Positions 47,350 to 57,546 are shown, counted from the stretch's first letter. The stretch: DNA of 64,000 bases from an uncultured Candidatus Saccharibacteria bacterium (GCA_964555185.1 CAZKRD010000004.1:755-64754), one strand, 5' to 3'. Made by a program: numbers and translations. Notes: generated from the sequence alone by a model not told the origin.

Positions 47350-48207
47350 ATGCAAAAACTTGGTTTGGGCAAGGGATTGTCCGCCTTAATTCCTAATAAA
47401 GTCGAGGAGACTGAAGACAAGGCACCCGTCTCGCAGTCGGGCAAGCAGATAATGCGAGAGATTGCGATTTCAGCGATTAAGCCTAATCCTAATCAGCCCC
47501 GTCAGAGGATTGAAGAAGATAAATTGCTGGAATTGGCTGATTCGATTAAGCTTTACGGCCTGCTTCAGCCATTGGTGATTGATCAGAACAACACCTTGAT
47601 CGCTGGTCAGCGGCGCTTGGAGGCGGCAAAGCTAGCCGGGCTGGAAAGGGTGCCGGCGGTTATTAGAGAGAGTGATATGAAGCAGAGCTTGGAGATGAGT
47701 TTGATTGAGAATGTACAGCGGGAGAATTTGAATCCGGTTGAACAGGCCTTGGGCTATAAGGCACTGGTTGACAAATTCGGCTTAAGTCATGTGGAGGTGG
47801 CAGAAAGAGTCGGAAAGAAGAGACCGACAATCAGCAATTATCTCCGTCTCCTAAAACTGCCGCTTACGATTCAAAAAGGATTAAGAGAAGGCATGCTTTC
47901 CGAGGATCAGGCCAAGGCGCTTTTAGAGGTTAGGAATCAGGAAAAACAGATGGTTTTTTACAGAAGAATTATCAAGGAGGGTTTAAACGGTGCAGATGCA
48001 AGAATACTTTTGCGGAAATATCGGAAGCGGCGGCCGCGCAAAAGGAAGCCGAGAGAACCGATTTTAGTAGAGGCGGAGGAGAAGCTTGAAGGATTTTTGG
48101 ACACGCGGGTTAAGGTTACCCGCGACGGCCGGATTGGAAAGATCTACATTGAATTTTATTCTCCGGAAGAACTTGAAGGGCTTTTGGAAAAGGTAATCAA
48201 GAAGTGA
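47350..48207 (+). CDS. parB: Chromosome partitioning protein ParB/Spo0J
   Basis: ParB box GLLQPLVIDQNNTLIAGQRRLEAA and HTH. Confidence 0.9.
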   Translation: MQKLGLGKGLSALIPNKVEETEDKAPVSQSGKQIMREIAISAIKPNPNQPRQRIEEDKLLELADSIKLYGLLQPLVIDQNNTLIAGQRRLEAAKLAGLERVPAVIRESDMKQSLEMSLIENVQRENLNPVEQALGYKALVDKFGLSHVEVAERVGKKRPTISNYLRLLKLPLTIQKGLREGMLSEDQAKALLEVRNQEKQMVFYRRIIKEGLNGADARILLRKYRKRRPRKRKPREPILVEAEEKLEGFLDTRVKVTRDGRIGKIYIEFYSPEELEGLLEKVIKK

Positions 48208-48334
48208 TTTTGGGTAACGATATCGTGTCGCGCAAAATAGTTAAAAAACAGCGTCTAATTAAAGGAAACAACAGATAGGTTAATCTCCTTTTAAGACGAA
48301 GACGCTTTTTTTAATCTTTAAATCCGTCAACCCG

Positions 48335-50551
48335 TCAACTCACAGATCCACATTCTTTATTGCTGCAGACTTCTGTTTTTTCTTTGCCATAGACCATTAG
48401 ACTGCCGCATTCGGGACATTTCTTGCCGGTGGGTTTGCTCCAGAGCGCGAACTCGCATTTAGGATACTGATTGCAGGCATAGAAGGTTCGGCCTTTCTTG
48501 CTGCGCTTTTCGATAATATCTCCCTTTTCACATTTGGGGCAGGTGACGCCAGTCTTCTTTTCAATCGACTTGATGTTTTTACAATCAGGATATCCAGAAC
48601 AACCGAGGAAAGGGCCAAACCGGCCGTGTCGGAGCACCATTGCCTTGCCGCATTTCTCGCATTTCTTGGCACCGATTGCTTTAGCGAGGGTCTTTTCTTC
48701 GCCTAAGGGCTTTGTGTGTTTACATTCTGGAAAACCAGTACAGGCTAAGAATTTGCCAAAGCGGCCGAGTTTGATCACAAGCTTCTTGCCGCACTTGGGG
48801 CATTTTTTGCGGGTTTTGGTTTCGGCAATATCTTTTTTTTGCACTTGTTTTTCTTTTTTCTTTAGGTTTTTAAGAAAGGGGTCATAGAATTCGCGCACGA
48901 CCGGCACCCATTCCTTTTTATTTTGAGCAATCGCGTCTAGGTCATTTTCGATCTTGGCGGTAAATTTGAGATCAACGATCTGGGGGAAATGCCGGACCAA
49001 GACATCGTTGACTACGATTCCGATTTCTTTAGGGTGAAGTTTTTTTTCCTTTTTTTCTACATAACCGCGCGCCTGGATCGTGGAAATGATCGCCGCGTAG
49101 GTGGAGGGGCGGCCAATCCCGTTTGCTTCAAGAGCGCGGACCAGGGTTGCCTCGCCGTAGCGCGCCGGCGGTTCAGTGAAGTGCTGGTTTGGGAGAAGTT
49201 TTTTAAGGTCGACGATCTCGCCCTTTTTTAAAACGGGGAGGATGTTCTCTTTGGTTGAGGACGGATAGACTTTGGTAAAACCGTCAAATTTGACGATCGC
49301 TCCCTCGGCGCGGAAGGTATGGTCGCGAGCCTGTATGTCCACTTTCGTGGAGTCGATAATCGCTTCTTGCATCTGGCAGGCGATCGTCCGTTTCCAGATT
49401 AGTTCGTAGAGCTTATACTGTCTAGCGTCAAGAAAGGGTTTTACTTTTTCGGGGGGCAAGCTTTTTGGTTCAGTGGGGCGGATCGCTTCGTGGGCTTCTT
49501 GCGCGAGCTTTGATTTGGTTTTATAAATGCGAGGGTCCCTGGGCAGGTATTTGGGACCAAATTGTTTTTTGATTTGATTGCGGATCTCTGACACTGCCTT
49601 TTTAGCGAGGTTTGTTGAATCGGTGCGCATATAGGTGATTAAGCCCTCTGCTTCTCCTTTATTAAGCTTGATTCCTTCATAAAGCTTTTGCGCTAAATAC
49701 ATTGTCTGTTTGGTTGAAAACCCTAATGTCCCCGCGGCTGTTTGCTGCAGGGTGGAGGTGGTAAACGGCGGCAAGGGAGATTTTTTGATTTCTTTCCGCT
49801 CAACCTTGCAGACCGTAAAGCGGGCTTTCTTGAGGGACCTCACAATTTCCTGGACCCTCCTTTTGTTTTTAAGCCCCAGTTTTCCTAAAAGCTTCCCATT
49901 CTGTTTGGTAAGGAGGGCGCGGAAGACATCTTCCGTTTTTGGTTTAGCTTTTCTTCTTTTTTGCAGATTTGCTTCCAGGGTCCAGTATTCTTCAGATTTG
50001 AATTTTTTGATTTTCTTTTCACGGTCAACAATCAAGCGCAGGGCGGCTGATTGGACTCGGCCGGCAGAGAGGCCTCTTGCCACTTTGCGCCAAAGAAAAG
50101 GGGAGAGTTTGTACCCGACCAGCCGATCCAAAATTCTTCTGGCCTGCTGGGCGTCAACCAGGTTCATATTAATCTGGCGCGGTTTTTTGAAGGAAGCTAA
50201 AACAGCCCTCCGGGTTATTTCGTGAAAAGCGATTCTTTGGATTTTTTTTGGGTCAAGCTTCAAAGCATAGGTTAAGTGCCAGGAGATCGCTTCGCCCTCG
50301 CGGTCTTCGTCAGTGGCTAGATATATTTCTTTTGACTTGGCGGCTAGATCTTTTAGTTTTTTGACTTGTTTTTTTGCTTCTTCTGGGATTACGTATTCAG
50401 GCTCAAAGTTTTTCCGGGTATTGACCCCTAACCCCTTTTTTGGCAAGTCCCGGATATGGCCATAGGATGATTCGACGCGGAAACTAGAATCCAAAAAGCG
50501 AGAAATTGTATTTGCTTTGGTCGGGGATTCGACAATCACGAGTTTTTTCAT
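48335..50551 (-). CDS. topA: DNA topoisomerase I with C-terminal zinc-ribbon repeats
   Basis: Toprim N-terminus LVIVESPTKA, and four CPKCG-type zinc fingers. Confidence 0.9.
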   Translation of the reverse strand: MKKLVIVESPTKANTISRFLDSSFRVESSYGHIRDLPKKGLGVNTRKNFEPEYVIPEEAKKQVKKLKDLAAKSKEIYLATDEDREGEAISWHLTYALKLDPKKIQRIAFHEITRRAVLASFKKPRQINMNLVDAQQARRILDRLVGYKLSPFLWRKVARGLSAGRVQSAALRLIVDREKKIKKFKSEEYWTLEANLQKRRKAKPKTEDVFRALLTKQNGKLLGKLGLKNKRRVQEIVRSLKKARFTVCKVERKEIKKSPLPPFTTSTLQQTAAGTLGFSTKQTMYLAQKLYEGIKLNKGEAEGLITYMRTDSTNLAKKAVSEIRNQIKKQFGPKYLPRDPRIYKTKSKLAQEAHEAIRPTEPKSLPPEKVKPFLDARQYKLYELIWKRTIACQMQEAIIDSTKVDIQARDHTFRAEGAIVKFDGFTKVYPSSTKENILPVLKKGEIVDLKKLLPNQHFTEPPARYGEATLVRALEANGIGRPSTYAAIISTIQARGYVEKKEKKLHPKEIGIVVNDVLVRHFPQIVDLKFTAKIENDLDAIAQNKKEWVPVVREFYDPFLKNLKKKEKQVQKKDIAETKTRKKCPKCGKKLVIKLGRFGKFLACTGFPECKHTKPLGEEKTLAKAIGAKKCEKCGKAMVLRHGRFGPFLGCSGYPDCKNIKSIEKKTGVTCPKCEKGDIIEKRSKKGRTFYACNQYPKCEFALWSKPTGKKCPECGSLMVYGKEKTEVCSNKECGSVS

Positions 50552-51687
50552 AAATTCGTTAACTGATTAATGATATAGTTTCCTGACCCAACATTGCGGA
50601 CCATACCTTTCATTTCTAGGAGTGTCAAGATTGTGGATACTTGCCCGGAACTAAATTTACCCTTCCTGATTACTTCGTTGATATGGGTTGGTTCTTGGGA
50701 GAGATATTTTAAAATTATGGCCTCTTCTTGGGTGGCGCTCGGCTTTTGGATTGTTTTGGAAGTTTTTAAAGAGAGGTTTAGATTGAGCTCGTCTAGGATG
50801 TCTTGGGTGTCTGATACCAATTTTGCGCCCATTTTAATCAGGTTGTTGGTGCCGCGGGAATAGGGATTATAGATTGAGCCCGGGATCGCGAAAATGTCGC
50901 GATTCTGATCCAAGGCGGCGCGGGCAGTGATCGAAGTCCCGCTTCTTTCCGCCGCCTCAATGACCAGGAGGCCGCGGGACAAGCCGGCGATGATCCGGTT
51001 GCGCTGGGGAAAGTTTTGTTTTCGGGCCGGGGCGCCGGGAGGATATTCCGAGATTAAGGCGCCGCCGTGTCCTAAAATTCTTTGGGCCAACTTAAAGTTA
51101 GTGCGCGGATAGATTGACTGATCATCAATGCCGCTTCCTAAAACAGCGATCGTGTGGCCGGCAAAGGAAAGACAGGCCTGATGGGCGAGGGCGTCAATGC
51201 CCAGGGCGAGACCGGAGACAATGCTGATTTTGATTTGGGAGAGGAGTCCGACGATTTGGAAGGTTACCTGCCGTCCGTAGCTGGTCGGCTTCCGCGTGCC
51301 GACCACGCTTAGATAGATATTGCCGGGTTTCTTGATTTCTCCTTTTAAATACAAGAGGGCGGGCGGGTCGTAAATTTCTTTCAAACTTTTTGGATACTTT
51401 TTGTTTTGAATCGTAATGATCTTGATTCCTTGTTGTCGAACCTTCTGGAGTGCTTCTGCGGGATTAATTCCAGAACGTGCGGATATGATTTGTCTTGCTT
51501 CTTTTTCTTCTAGCCCTGCCCGCTTGAGTTCCAAGAGAGGAGCAAACCAGGCTTGTTCTAAATCGGGGAAATAAGAGAGCAATTTTTTGAAACAAAGAGG
51601 GCCCACACCGGGGATGAGGTTAAAACCGTGGTAATATTGGCTGACAGATTCCATGGCTTTTTGACAATTAAGGGAGGGGGGTGGCAA
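50548..51687 (-). CDS. dprA: DNA processing protein DprA (SMF family)
   Basis: GLALGIDALAHQACL..GHTIAVLGSGID Rossmann core and a C-terminal winged helix. Confidence 0.8.
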   Translation of the reverse strand: MPPPSLNCQKAMESVSQYYHGFNLIPGVGPLCFKKLLSYFPDLEQAWFAPLLELKRAGLEEKEARQIISARSGINPAEALQKVRQQGIKIITIQNKKYPKSLKEIYDPPALLYLKGEIKKPGNIYLSVVGTRKPTSYGRQVTFQIVGLLSQIKISIVSGLALGIDALAHQACLSFAGHTIAVLGSGIDDQSIYPRTNFKLAQRILGHGGALISEYPPGAPARKQNFPQRNRIIAGLSRGLLVIEAAERSGTSITARAALDQNRDIFAIPGSIYNPYSRGTNNLIKMGAKLVSDTQDILDELNLNLSLKTSKTIQKPSATQEEAIILKYLSQEPTHINEVIRKGKFSSGQVSTILTLLEMKGMVRNVGSGNYIINQLTNL

Positions 51688-51710
51688 GATAGCGGCTCGG
51701 TGACGTTTTT

Positions 51711-54700
51711 TTAGTTGGCCAGTATTTTAAGATTTTGTTTTAATTTTTTAAGCCAATTCTTACCTAAGGAAGAAAAATCAATTTTGAGCCGGCAAGGGCC
51801 TTCGGTTTCGCTGATGATCCAGGCGGGGTTTGTCTTAAAGAGTTGATCCAAAGTATTGCTTTCCGGTGTTTCTACAAAATCCAGGACGATCCTTTTTCTG
51901 GATTGATGATCCAAGCCAAAGACGTTAATCGTGTCAATTGTTTTAATTCTTGCTCTCCGGGCAAGGATTTTTATTTTTAAAATCTCAAAAAGATTTTTAA
52001 ATTCCAGGGGCAGAAGACCGTACTTGCCTTCAATTTTATTTTTGAGGCGGCGGATTTCCGGGAAATTTTTTGCTCGGCTCAAGCAATGGTAGGCAGTGAG
52101 TCTTTTTTTCTCGCTTGAAATAAAAGAAGGAGGAATCCGAGCGGGAAGCGGCAGATCAATGCTTACTTCCAAGACGGGTTTTGCCTTTTTGCCGGTAGTA
52201 AGTTCGGAAATTGTCTGTTTGAGCAGTTCGGTATAGAGGTGGAGACCCACGGAATTGACACTGCCAGACTGTTTGCGGCCCAGGATATTGCCGGCGCCGC
52301 GTATTTCAAGATCGCGCAGAGCGATATTGAAGCCGGAGCCAAGGCCTTGCAGGGCGAGCAGGGCAGAGAGCCGCTCCCGGGCGTTAGCAGGAAGTTTTTC
52401 TCTTTGATAGAGGAGATAAGCGTAGGCCTGGCGTGTTCCTCGGCCAATTCGGCCCCGGATCTGATAGAGCTGGGAGAGGCCAAAATTGGGGCTGTTGTGG
52501 ACAATCAAGGTATTAACATTGGGCAGGTCCAGCCCGTTTTCAATGATCGTGGTGGCGACCAGAATGTCAATCCGGCCTTGATCGAATTCGTGCATCACCG
52601 AAGAGAGGTCATGATCAGACAGTCTGCCGTGGGCAATGTCAATTCGCGCCCGCGGCGCTAATTTCTGGATTTTTTTAGCCTGGGCGAGAATAGTTTCTAC
52701 TTTGTTGTAAAGGTAGTAGACTTGGCCTTTTCGTTTCAGTTCAAAATCGATTGCTTTTTTTATAATATCATCTTTGCGCAATTTAACATATGTTTTGACC
52801 GACTTCCGGCCCGCGGGGGGAGTTTTAATTGGGCTGACTTCCCGCAAACCAGAGAGGGCCAAATGGAGGGTGCGGGGGATCGGGGTGGCGGAAAGGGTTA
52901 GGATGTCCAGATTGGCGCGCAGCTGTTTTAGTTTTTCTTTATGGCGGACGCCGAATCTCTGTTCTTCGTCAATAATCAGGAGGCCTAGGTTTTCGAAGTT
53001 AACATCGCGCGAGAGGAGACGGTGAGTGCCGATTATGATCTCTATTTTGCCTTGGGAAAGTTTTTTGACAATTCTTTTTTGTTCTGATTTTGACTGGAAG
53101 CGGCTCAAAAGTTCAATTTTAGAGGAGAATTTTTTGAATCTTTCTCGGAAGGTGCCTAGGTGTTGCTGGGCGAGAATGGTGGTCGGCGCGAGGAGACAAA
53201 CCTGTTTCCCGTTATTCAGCGCTTTGAAGGCCGCGCGCATCGCGATTTCGGTTTTACCAAAGCCGACATCGCCGCAAATCAAGCGGTCCATCGGTTTATC
53301 GCTTTCCATATCTTTTTTAACCTTTTGGATCGCCTTTTCTTGGTCAGGGGTTTCCGGGTAGGGAAAGGAATTTTCAAATTTTCTCTGGGCAGGGGTATCT
53401 ACTCCAAAGACGAAGCCTTTTTGGGTTTGGCGCTTGGCCTGGATTTTAAGCAATTCCTCGGCCATTTTTTTCGCGTCTTCTTCGACCTGTCTTTTGATTT
53501 GGTGCCAGAGGGCTCCGTGCAGGCGGTGGATCGGGGGATTAGCCCGCCCCAGATAGCGGGCGATCCGGTCAGCTTGATCAATCGGCAGAAAGAGTTTGTC
53601 GCCTTGGGCGTATTCAAGCAAGTAATATTCCCGCGTGATTCCGTTAATTTCCTTTTGGACCATGCCGCGGAACAGGCCGATGCCGTGATTGAGGTGGACT
53701 ACGTGCATCCCCGAGACAAGGCCGGCGATAAATTCGTAATCAATCTGGTAGCGCGGCTGGCGGGATGACCGGCGCCAATGCCCAAAGATTTCCGTGTCGG
53801 TGAGGACCAGGACTTTTGCTTGGTCATTTTGGAAACCTCTTTGGAGTTTAATCGGTATCAAGGAGCAGTCGGTTTTGAGATTTTCTTTTTTAAGTTTTTT
53901 TGTGGAGACAAAGATCCTGTATTTATTTTTTTTAAAGCGGCGGATCGCTGTCCAGAATTTGTCTTGATTGCCAAAAAAGAGAGGAGGATTTTTAAACTGA
54001 AATTCGCGGCTGTTTTTCGTTTTTGGCGGGCTTGTCCGCCGAAGCCTATTGAGCGAAGGCGGAAAGGCCTGGAAAATAATTAAATTCTGCTTCAATTTAT
54101 TTTTTAAAAGGTTTTCTGGTTCGTTAAGGATTACTCTTGCTTGAGGAGCGAGCCAGTCCAAAATACTGCCTTGCGGCTTTTTGATCCTTGCCGGGAGAAT
54201 GGTTATTCTATTGTTCCATTTTTTCCCCGCGGGCTTGTGAAGCGAACCTTTTAGGGCTTCATTGTTGTTTTTTGGGGACCTGATTGTTTCGACTTTGTTG
54301 CCAAACAGTTCAATCCAAATACAGTGTTTTTGGAAGAAAGGGAAGATCTCCAAGATATTTCCCCGGCGGGCAAAGTTGCCTGGGATAAGCGCCCTTTTTT
54401 CTTTTTGGTAGCCAGCACTCAAAAGGAAGCCAATCAATTTTGGCAGATTAATTTTTTCTCCTTTTTCAAGGACCAATCCTGCTTTTTCCAATTCTTGAGG
54501 CGCGGGCAGTTTTACCTCCAGAATTTTAATCGGCGCCACGATCAGGCAGTTTTGATTTTCTTTTAGGAGCGATAATAGGGATAATCCCTCTCTGCCTGTT
54601 GTTAGCTCTGGAATCAGTTTCAGAATTTGCTTTTGTCTTTTTTGAGCCGTATTTTCAAGCCAGAATTTAATTCGCTTAAACCAAATTCTTGGATTTTTGA

Positions 54701-54800
54701 CTAATAGAAGAGAAGCCCCTTGCCAAAAGAGGGGGGAGTGGATCAAGAGCCAGGGTTTTGCTTCTTCCGGGACCAAGGCCAAGTATCTAGTTTTAGCCAA
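51711..54800 (-). CDS. mfd: Transcription-repair coupling factor
   Basis: CGDVGFGKTEIA (Walker A), DEEQRFGV and a TRCF C-terminal domain. Confidence 0.9.
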   Translation of the reverse strand: MAKTRYLALVPEEAKPWLLIHSPLFWQGASLLLVKNPRIWFKRIKFWLENTAQKRQKQILKLIPELTTGREGLSLLSLLKENQNCLIVAPIKILEVKLPAPQELEKAGLVLEKGEKINLPKLIGFLLSAGYQKEKRALIPGNFARRGNILEIFPFFQKHCIWIELFGNKVETIRSPKNNNEALKGSLHKPAGKKWNNRITILPARIKKPQGSILDWLAPQARVILNEPENLLKNKLKQNLIIFQAFPPSLNRLRRTSPPKTKNSREFQFKNPPLFFGNQDKFWTAIRRFKKNKYRIFVSTKKLKKENLKTDCSLIPIKLQRGFQNDQAKVLVLTDTEIFGHWRRSSRQPRYQIDYEFIAGLVSGMHVVHLNHGIGLFRGMVQKEINGITREYYLLEYAQGDKLFLPIDQADRIARYLGRANPPIHRLHGALWHQIKRQVEEDAKKMAEELLKIQAKRQTQKGFVFGVDTPAQRKFENSFPYPETPDQEKAIQKVKKDMESDKPMDRLICGDVGFGKTEIAMRAAFKALNNGKQVCLLAPTTILAQQHLGTFRERFKKFSSKIELLSRFQSKSEQKRIVKKLSQGKIEIIIGTHRLLSRDVNFENLGLLIIDEEQRFGVRHKEKLKQLRANLDILTLSATPIPRTLHLALSGLREVSPIKTPPAGRKSVKTYVKLRKDDIIKKAIDFELKRKGQVYYLYNKVETILAQAKKIQKLAPRARIDIAHGRLSDHDLSSVMHEFDQGRIDILVATTIIENGLDLPNVNTLIVHNSPNFGLSQLYQIRGRIGRGTRQAYAYLLYQREKLPANARERLSALLALQGLGSGFNIALRDLEIRGAGNILGRKQSGSVNSVGLHLYTELLKQTISELTTGKKAKPVLEVSIDLPLPARIPPSFISSEKKRLTAYHCLSRAKNFPEIRRLKNKIEGKYGLLPLEFKNLFEILKIKILARRARIKTIDTINVFGLDHQSRKRIVLDFVETPESNTLDQLFKTNPAWIISETEGPCRLKIDFSSLGKNWLKKLKQNLKILAN

Positions 54801-54810
54801 ATTTATTGCT

Positions 54811-54845
54811 TGGGGTCCCCGGAAAATCGAAGATTTTTTGGGGTA
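54811..54845 (+). promoter_or_regulatory. Second copy of the 35-nt double-dyad motif (tggggtccccggaaaatcgaagattttttggggta), immediately followed by TTGACA-17-TAAGCT
   Basis: 33/35 identity to 34544-34578. Confidence 0.5.
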
Positions 54846-54884
54846 CTTGATTGACAGGGCTTTCTCCTTATGCTAAGCTTATTC

Positions 54885-55060
54885 GATTTGCCGCTATATC
54901 GGGAATTATATATTCTTTACTATCCCGCTTGCAAGTGGTGAAAGTAGAAAGCCAATCCCTCCTTAGACTTTTTACGAGTAACTGTCAACATAAAGTTCGG
55001 GTCCTCGTGACTTTCTGAATTTTAGACTTACAAGTGGGATAGTGGAGGATATTTTTTTTA
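54885..55060 (+). ncRNA. Candidate structured small RNA in the pth-mfd spacer. A 16-bp long-range helix (tatcccgcttgcaagt / acttacaagtgggata) encloses ~95 nt and is followed by ggaggat and a T8 tract
   Basis: Helix and U-tract read directly. It does not match RNase P, SRP or tmRNA cores. Confidence 0.25.
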
Positions 55061-55061
55061 A

Positions 55062-55143
55062 TTTCCAATGACCAATTTCCAATTTTCAAATAACAAGAAG
55101 CTTGGTTATTGATTGGAAATTGGGATTTGGAAATTGAAAATTA
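55062..55143. repeat. Perfect palindrome centred on aagctt (ttccaatgaccaatttccaattttcaaataacaag-aagctt-ggttattgattggaaattgggatttggaaattgaaaatt). The pth stop codon lies at its centre, and the right arm encodes the pth C-terminus ELIFNFQIPISNQ
   Basis: Reverse-complement check. The pth stop is at 55106-55108. Confidence 0.8.
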
Positions 55144-55645
55144 ACTCCCCCAGGGCTTCCTGGGTTGTTTTTTTTATTTTAATTTTTTCGTTGAAGGGCA
55201 GTTTTTGGAGAACAAATTTCTCGGTTGGTATCCTGCTTGGGGTTTCGGGCTTGATTCCTATCCGCAGGCGGTGAAAGGCGTGGGTGCCCAGCGAGTCTAT
55301 AATCGATTGGACGCCCTTATGCCCGGCAGAGCTTATGTTTTTTTGAATTTTGAATTTACCTGAACTGATGTCAATGTCGTCGTGGATTACCCAGAGGTTT
55401 TCCGGTTTCAGTTTATAGAAGTTGACCAGGGCAGCGACACTTTGGCCGGAGTTGTTCATATAGGTTTGGGGTTTTGCTAGAATCAGGTTATCTTTTTTAG
55501 AGATTTTGGCTTTAAATTTTTTTCGGACCGTAAAAGCAGGGAAGTCTAATTTTTTTTTGAGCGCCTGGACTACAAAAAAACCGACATTATGTCGACTCGC
55601 TTTGTATTTTCCCCCAGGGTTGCCAAGTCCTACGATTAAGTCCAT
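55106..55645 (-). CDS. pth: Peptidyl-tRNA hydrolase, starting at MDLIVGLGNPG. The C-terminal tail derives from the palindromic repeat
   Basis: GLGNPG..Y..TRHN(V)GF N-terminal motif. Confidence 0.85.
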   Translation of the reverse strand: MDLIVGLGNPGGKYKASRHNVGFFVVQALKKKLDFPAFTVRKKFKAKISKKDNLILAKPQTYMNNSGQSVAALVNFYKLKPENLWVIHDDIDISSGKFKIQKNISSAGHKGVQSIIDSLGTHAFHRLRIGIKPETPSRIPTEKFVLQKLPFNEKIKIKKTTQEALGELIFNFQIPISNQ

Positions 55646-55658
55646 AGGTTTTTGTTTT

Positions 55659-57122
55659 TTAGAGTTCCTGGTCATAACCCAAAACAATCACAAAGTCGGC
55701 TTCATCTCCCGGTCCGGCTTCTGATTGATCAAGAAAGAAGTTTTTTCCTGCCGATACGTTAGCGTCTAGTTCTGTCTTGAGGTCCTTCAAGGCCTCCTCT
55801 TTGCTTCCTTCGGTGTGATCAAAGATTACGGTTTTTTCATAGTCATGGGAATCAGCATTCAGAACCCCTACTATTTGATAGCCCTCCGCTTCTAGCTCTA
55901 AAGCCACCTTGTCGGCTAAACCGACGATGTCAGTTCCATTCCTTACTTGAATTTTGACTTTGTCGTCGTCTGGTTCTTTCCCAACTGCTTTAGTAGCTTG
56001 GTTCTGGTTTTCCGAATTAAAAATATTTTGGGCCAGACTTTGGATTTCCTCAAAATTACCGGCCCGCGGCACGAGAATAGAAGCTCCTGCATTACTGCGA
56101 GAGGCAACCAAGAGGCCGTCCGGACTATCGTCTAAAACCCTGTTCTTGATTTTATCCAGTTCGATCTGCTTAGAGAGCTGGATCAGTTCTTTGGCTTTGC
56201 CCAAATCCAAATTTGTGATTAAATGGTTCCCCATTGAATCAATCAGTTTAGCAAGCTTCAAAGGATTTAGGATCGTGCCAATAGAAAAGATTTTGTCTTT
56301 AGTTGCGGCTAAGACTTTCTGCTGTCGTCTGCTGCGAGCGAAATCAGAGCCCTCGCCATTGGTTCCGTGCCTGGAGCGGACGAACTTTAAAGCTTTGTCG
56401 CCGTCCATATGCTGCGGTCCAGCTTGAAAGGAAATGGTTTGATATTCATAGTCCCAGGTGGGATAGAGATAATCAGTGAAGGGCTGATCTACGACTAGAT
56501 CAATCCCGCCGATGGTGTCAATCGCTTGCTCAAAGCCGGTAAAGTCCACAAGCAGATAGTAGTCAATCGGGATACCGGCTATCTTCTCGACGGTTTGACT
56601 TAAAAGGCGGGATCCGCCCTCTCGCGAATTTTCTCTTAAACCATAAGCATAGGTGGCGTTTATTTTCATTTGGCCGTAGTTCGCGGTCTCAATCCAAAGA
56701 TCACGTGGAATTGAGAGCATAGCCACTTCCTTGGTTTGGGGCTTGAGACTCAAGATCATAATCGTGTCTGCCAGGAAAGGCCCGCCGCCCTGATCTTTAT
56801 TATGGCCAACGCCGCGGATGCCGATTAGGAGGATATCGATCCTTTCTTCTTGGTTTAAGATTTCTTCTTCCGACAAGATCAATCTTTTGATCTGGTTCAG
56901 AATAGAATTTTCGTCTTTGCCTAAGAATATTTTTTTGCTGGCGGAAAAAATTCGATAAGAGAAGAGGATGCCCCCAACGACAATAATAATTCCTAAGATT
57001 AAGAGCACCTTTCTAAACCAATGTGTTTTAGGCTTTTCCGGCCTTTGCTCTATTGGATCTTCTAGGTCGGGAGGGGTCAGTTCCAAATTGTTGTTGTGAT
57101 AAGTCTGGTAAAAATTTTTCAT
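55659..57122 (-). CDS. LCP (LytR-CpsA-Psr) family cell-envelope phosphotransferase
   Basis: N-terminal TM helix and LCP core NILLIGIRG...ADTIMILSL....MLSIPRDLW. Confidence 0.75.
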   Translation of the reverse strand: MKNFYQTYHNNNLELTPPDLEDPIEQRPEKPKTHWFRKVLLILGIIIVVGGILFSYRIFSASKKIFLGKDENSILNQIKRLILSEEEILNQEERIDILLIGIRGVGHNKDQGGGPFLADTIMILSLKPQTKEVAMLSIPRDLWIETANYGQMKINATYAYGLRENSREGGSRLLSQTVEKIAGIPIDYYLLVDFTGFEQAIDTIGGIDLVVDQPFTDYLYPTWDYEYQTISFQAGPQHMDGDKALKFVRSRHGTNGEGSDFARSRRQQKVLAATKDKIFSIGTILNPLKLAKLIDSMGNHLITNLDLGKAKELIQLSKQIELDKIKNRVLDDSPDGLLVASRSNAGASILVPRAGNFEEIQSLAQNIFNSENQNQATKAVGKEPDDDKVKIQVRNGTDIVGLADKVALELEAEGYQIVGVLNADSHDYEKTVIFDHTEGSKEEALKDLKTELDANVSAGKNFFLDQSEAGPGDEADFVIVLGYDQEL

Positions 57123-57350
57123 ACACCAAAGATTTGAATTACCAATTTACATAATTACCAATTTACAAGTACCAATTTTCAATCAAATCCCAATTTTCAA
57201 TGATTTAATTTTCAAACCTGCGAAAATTGTTTTGTTTGAAAATTTATTCATTGGTTATTGAAAATTGGTACTTGTAAATTGAAAATTGATTAGTACATTG
57301 GTACTTGAAAATTGAAAATTGATTAGTACATTGGTACTTGAAAATATTGT
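57123..57350. repeat. Large AT-rich palindromic element (centre ttttcaaacctgcgaaaattgttttgtttgaaaat, the reverse-orientation copy of 18215-18290) plus a tandem duplication of gattagtacattggtacttgaaaattgaaaatt
   Basis: Direct comparison with 18211-18332 and with 20720-20750. Confidence 0.8.
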
Positions 57351-57426
57351 TCAATATCTTTCGATATCTAATGATATCTTAATATCTTACAGATGTATTA
57401 TATAAGATGAGGATAAGGCGAGTCAA

Positions 57427-57492
57427 GGCGGACAGGCCTGCCTTCGCTCACGAGCTTCGGCGGGCAAGCAGAATGCTTTTTTGCTTTTCCAT
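57427..57492 (+). repeat. Type-2 GC hairpin element (ggcggacaggcctgccttcgctcacgagcttcggcgggcaagc) followed by gcagaatgc and a T6..T4 tract. Terminator-like, but no plus-strand gene lies upstream
   Basis: Shares the cctgccttcgc..gcttcggc core with the tgt and ileS inserts. Confidence 0.5.
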
Positions 57493-57546
57493 ATTGTTTA
57501 TGTTATAATTCAAATGCAAAATTATCTAAATCACAAAGCATACTAA

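Noticed and set aside
54860-55060. RNase P RNA, SRP RNA or tmRNA in the pth-mfd spacer
   Set aside because: aaagttcgggtcctc superficially resembles the RNase P P4 strand (AAGUCCGGGCU), but there is no complementary P4 3' strand and no CR-IV/CR-V. There is no SRP AGGAAGCAGC motif and no tRNA-like 3' end for tmRNA.
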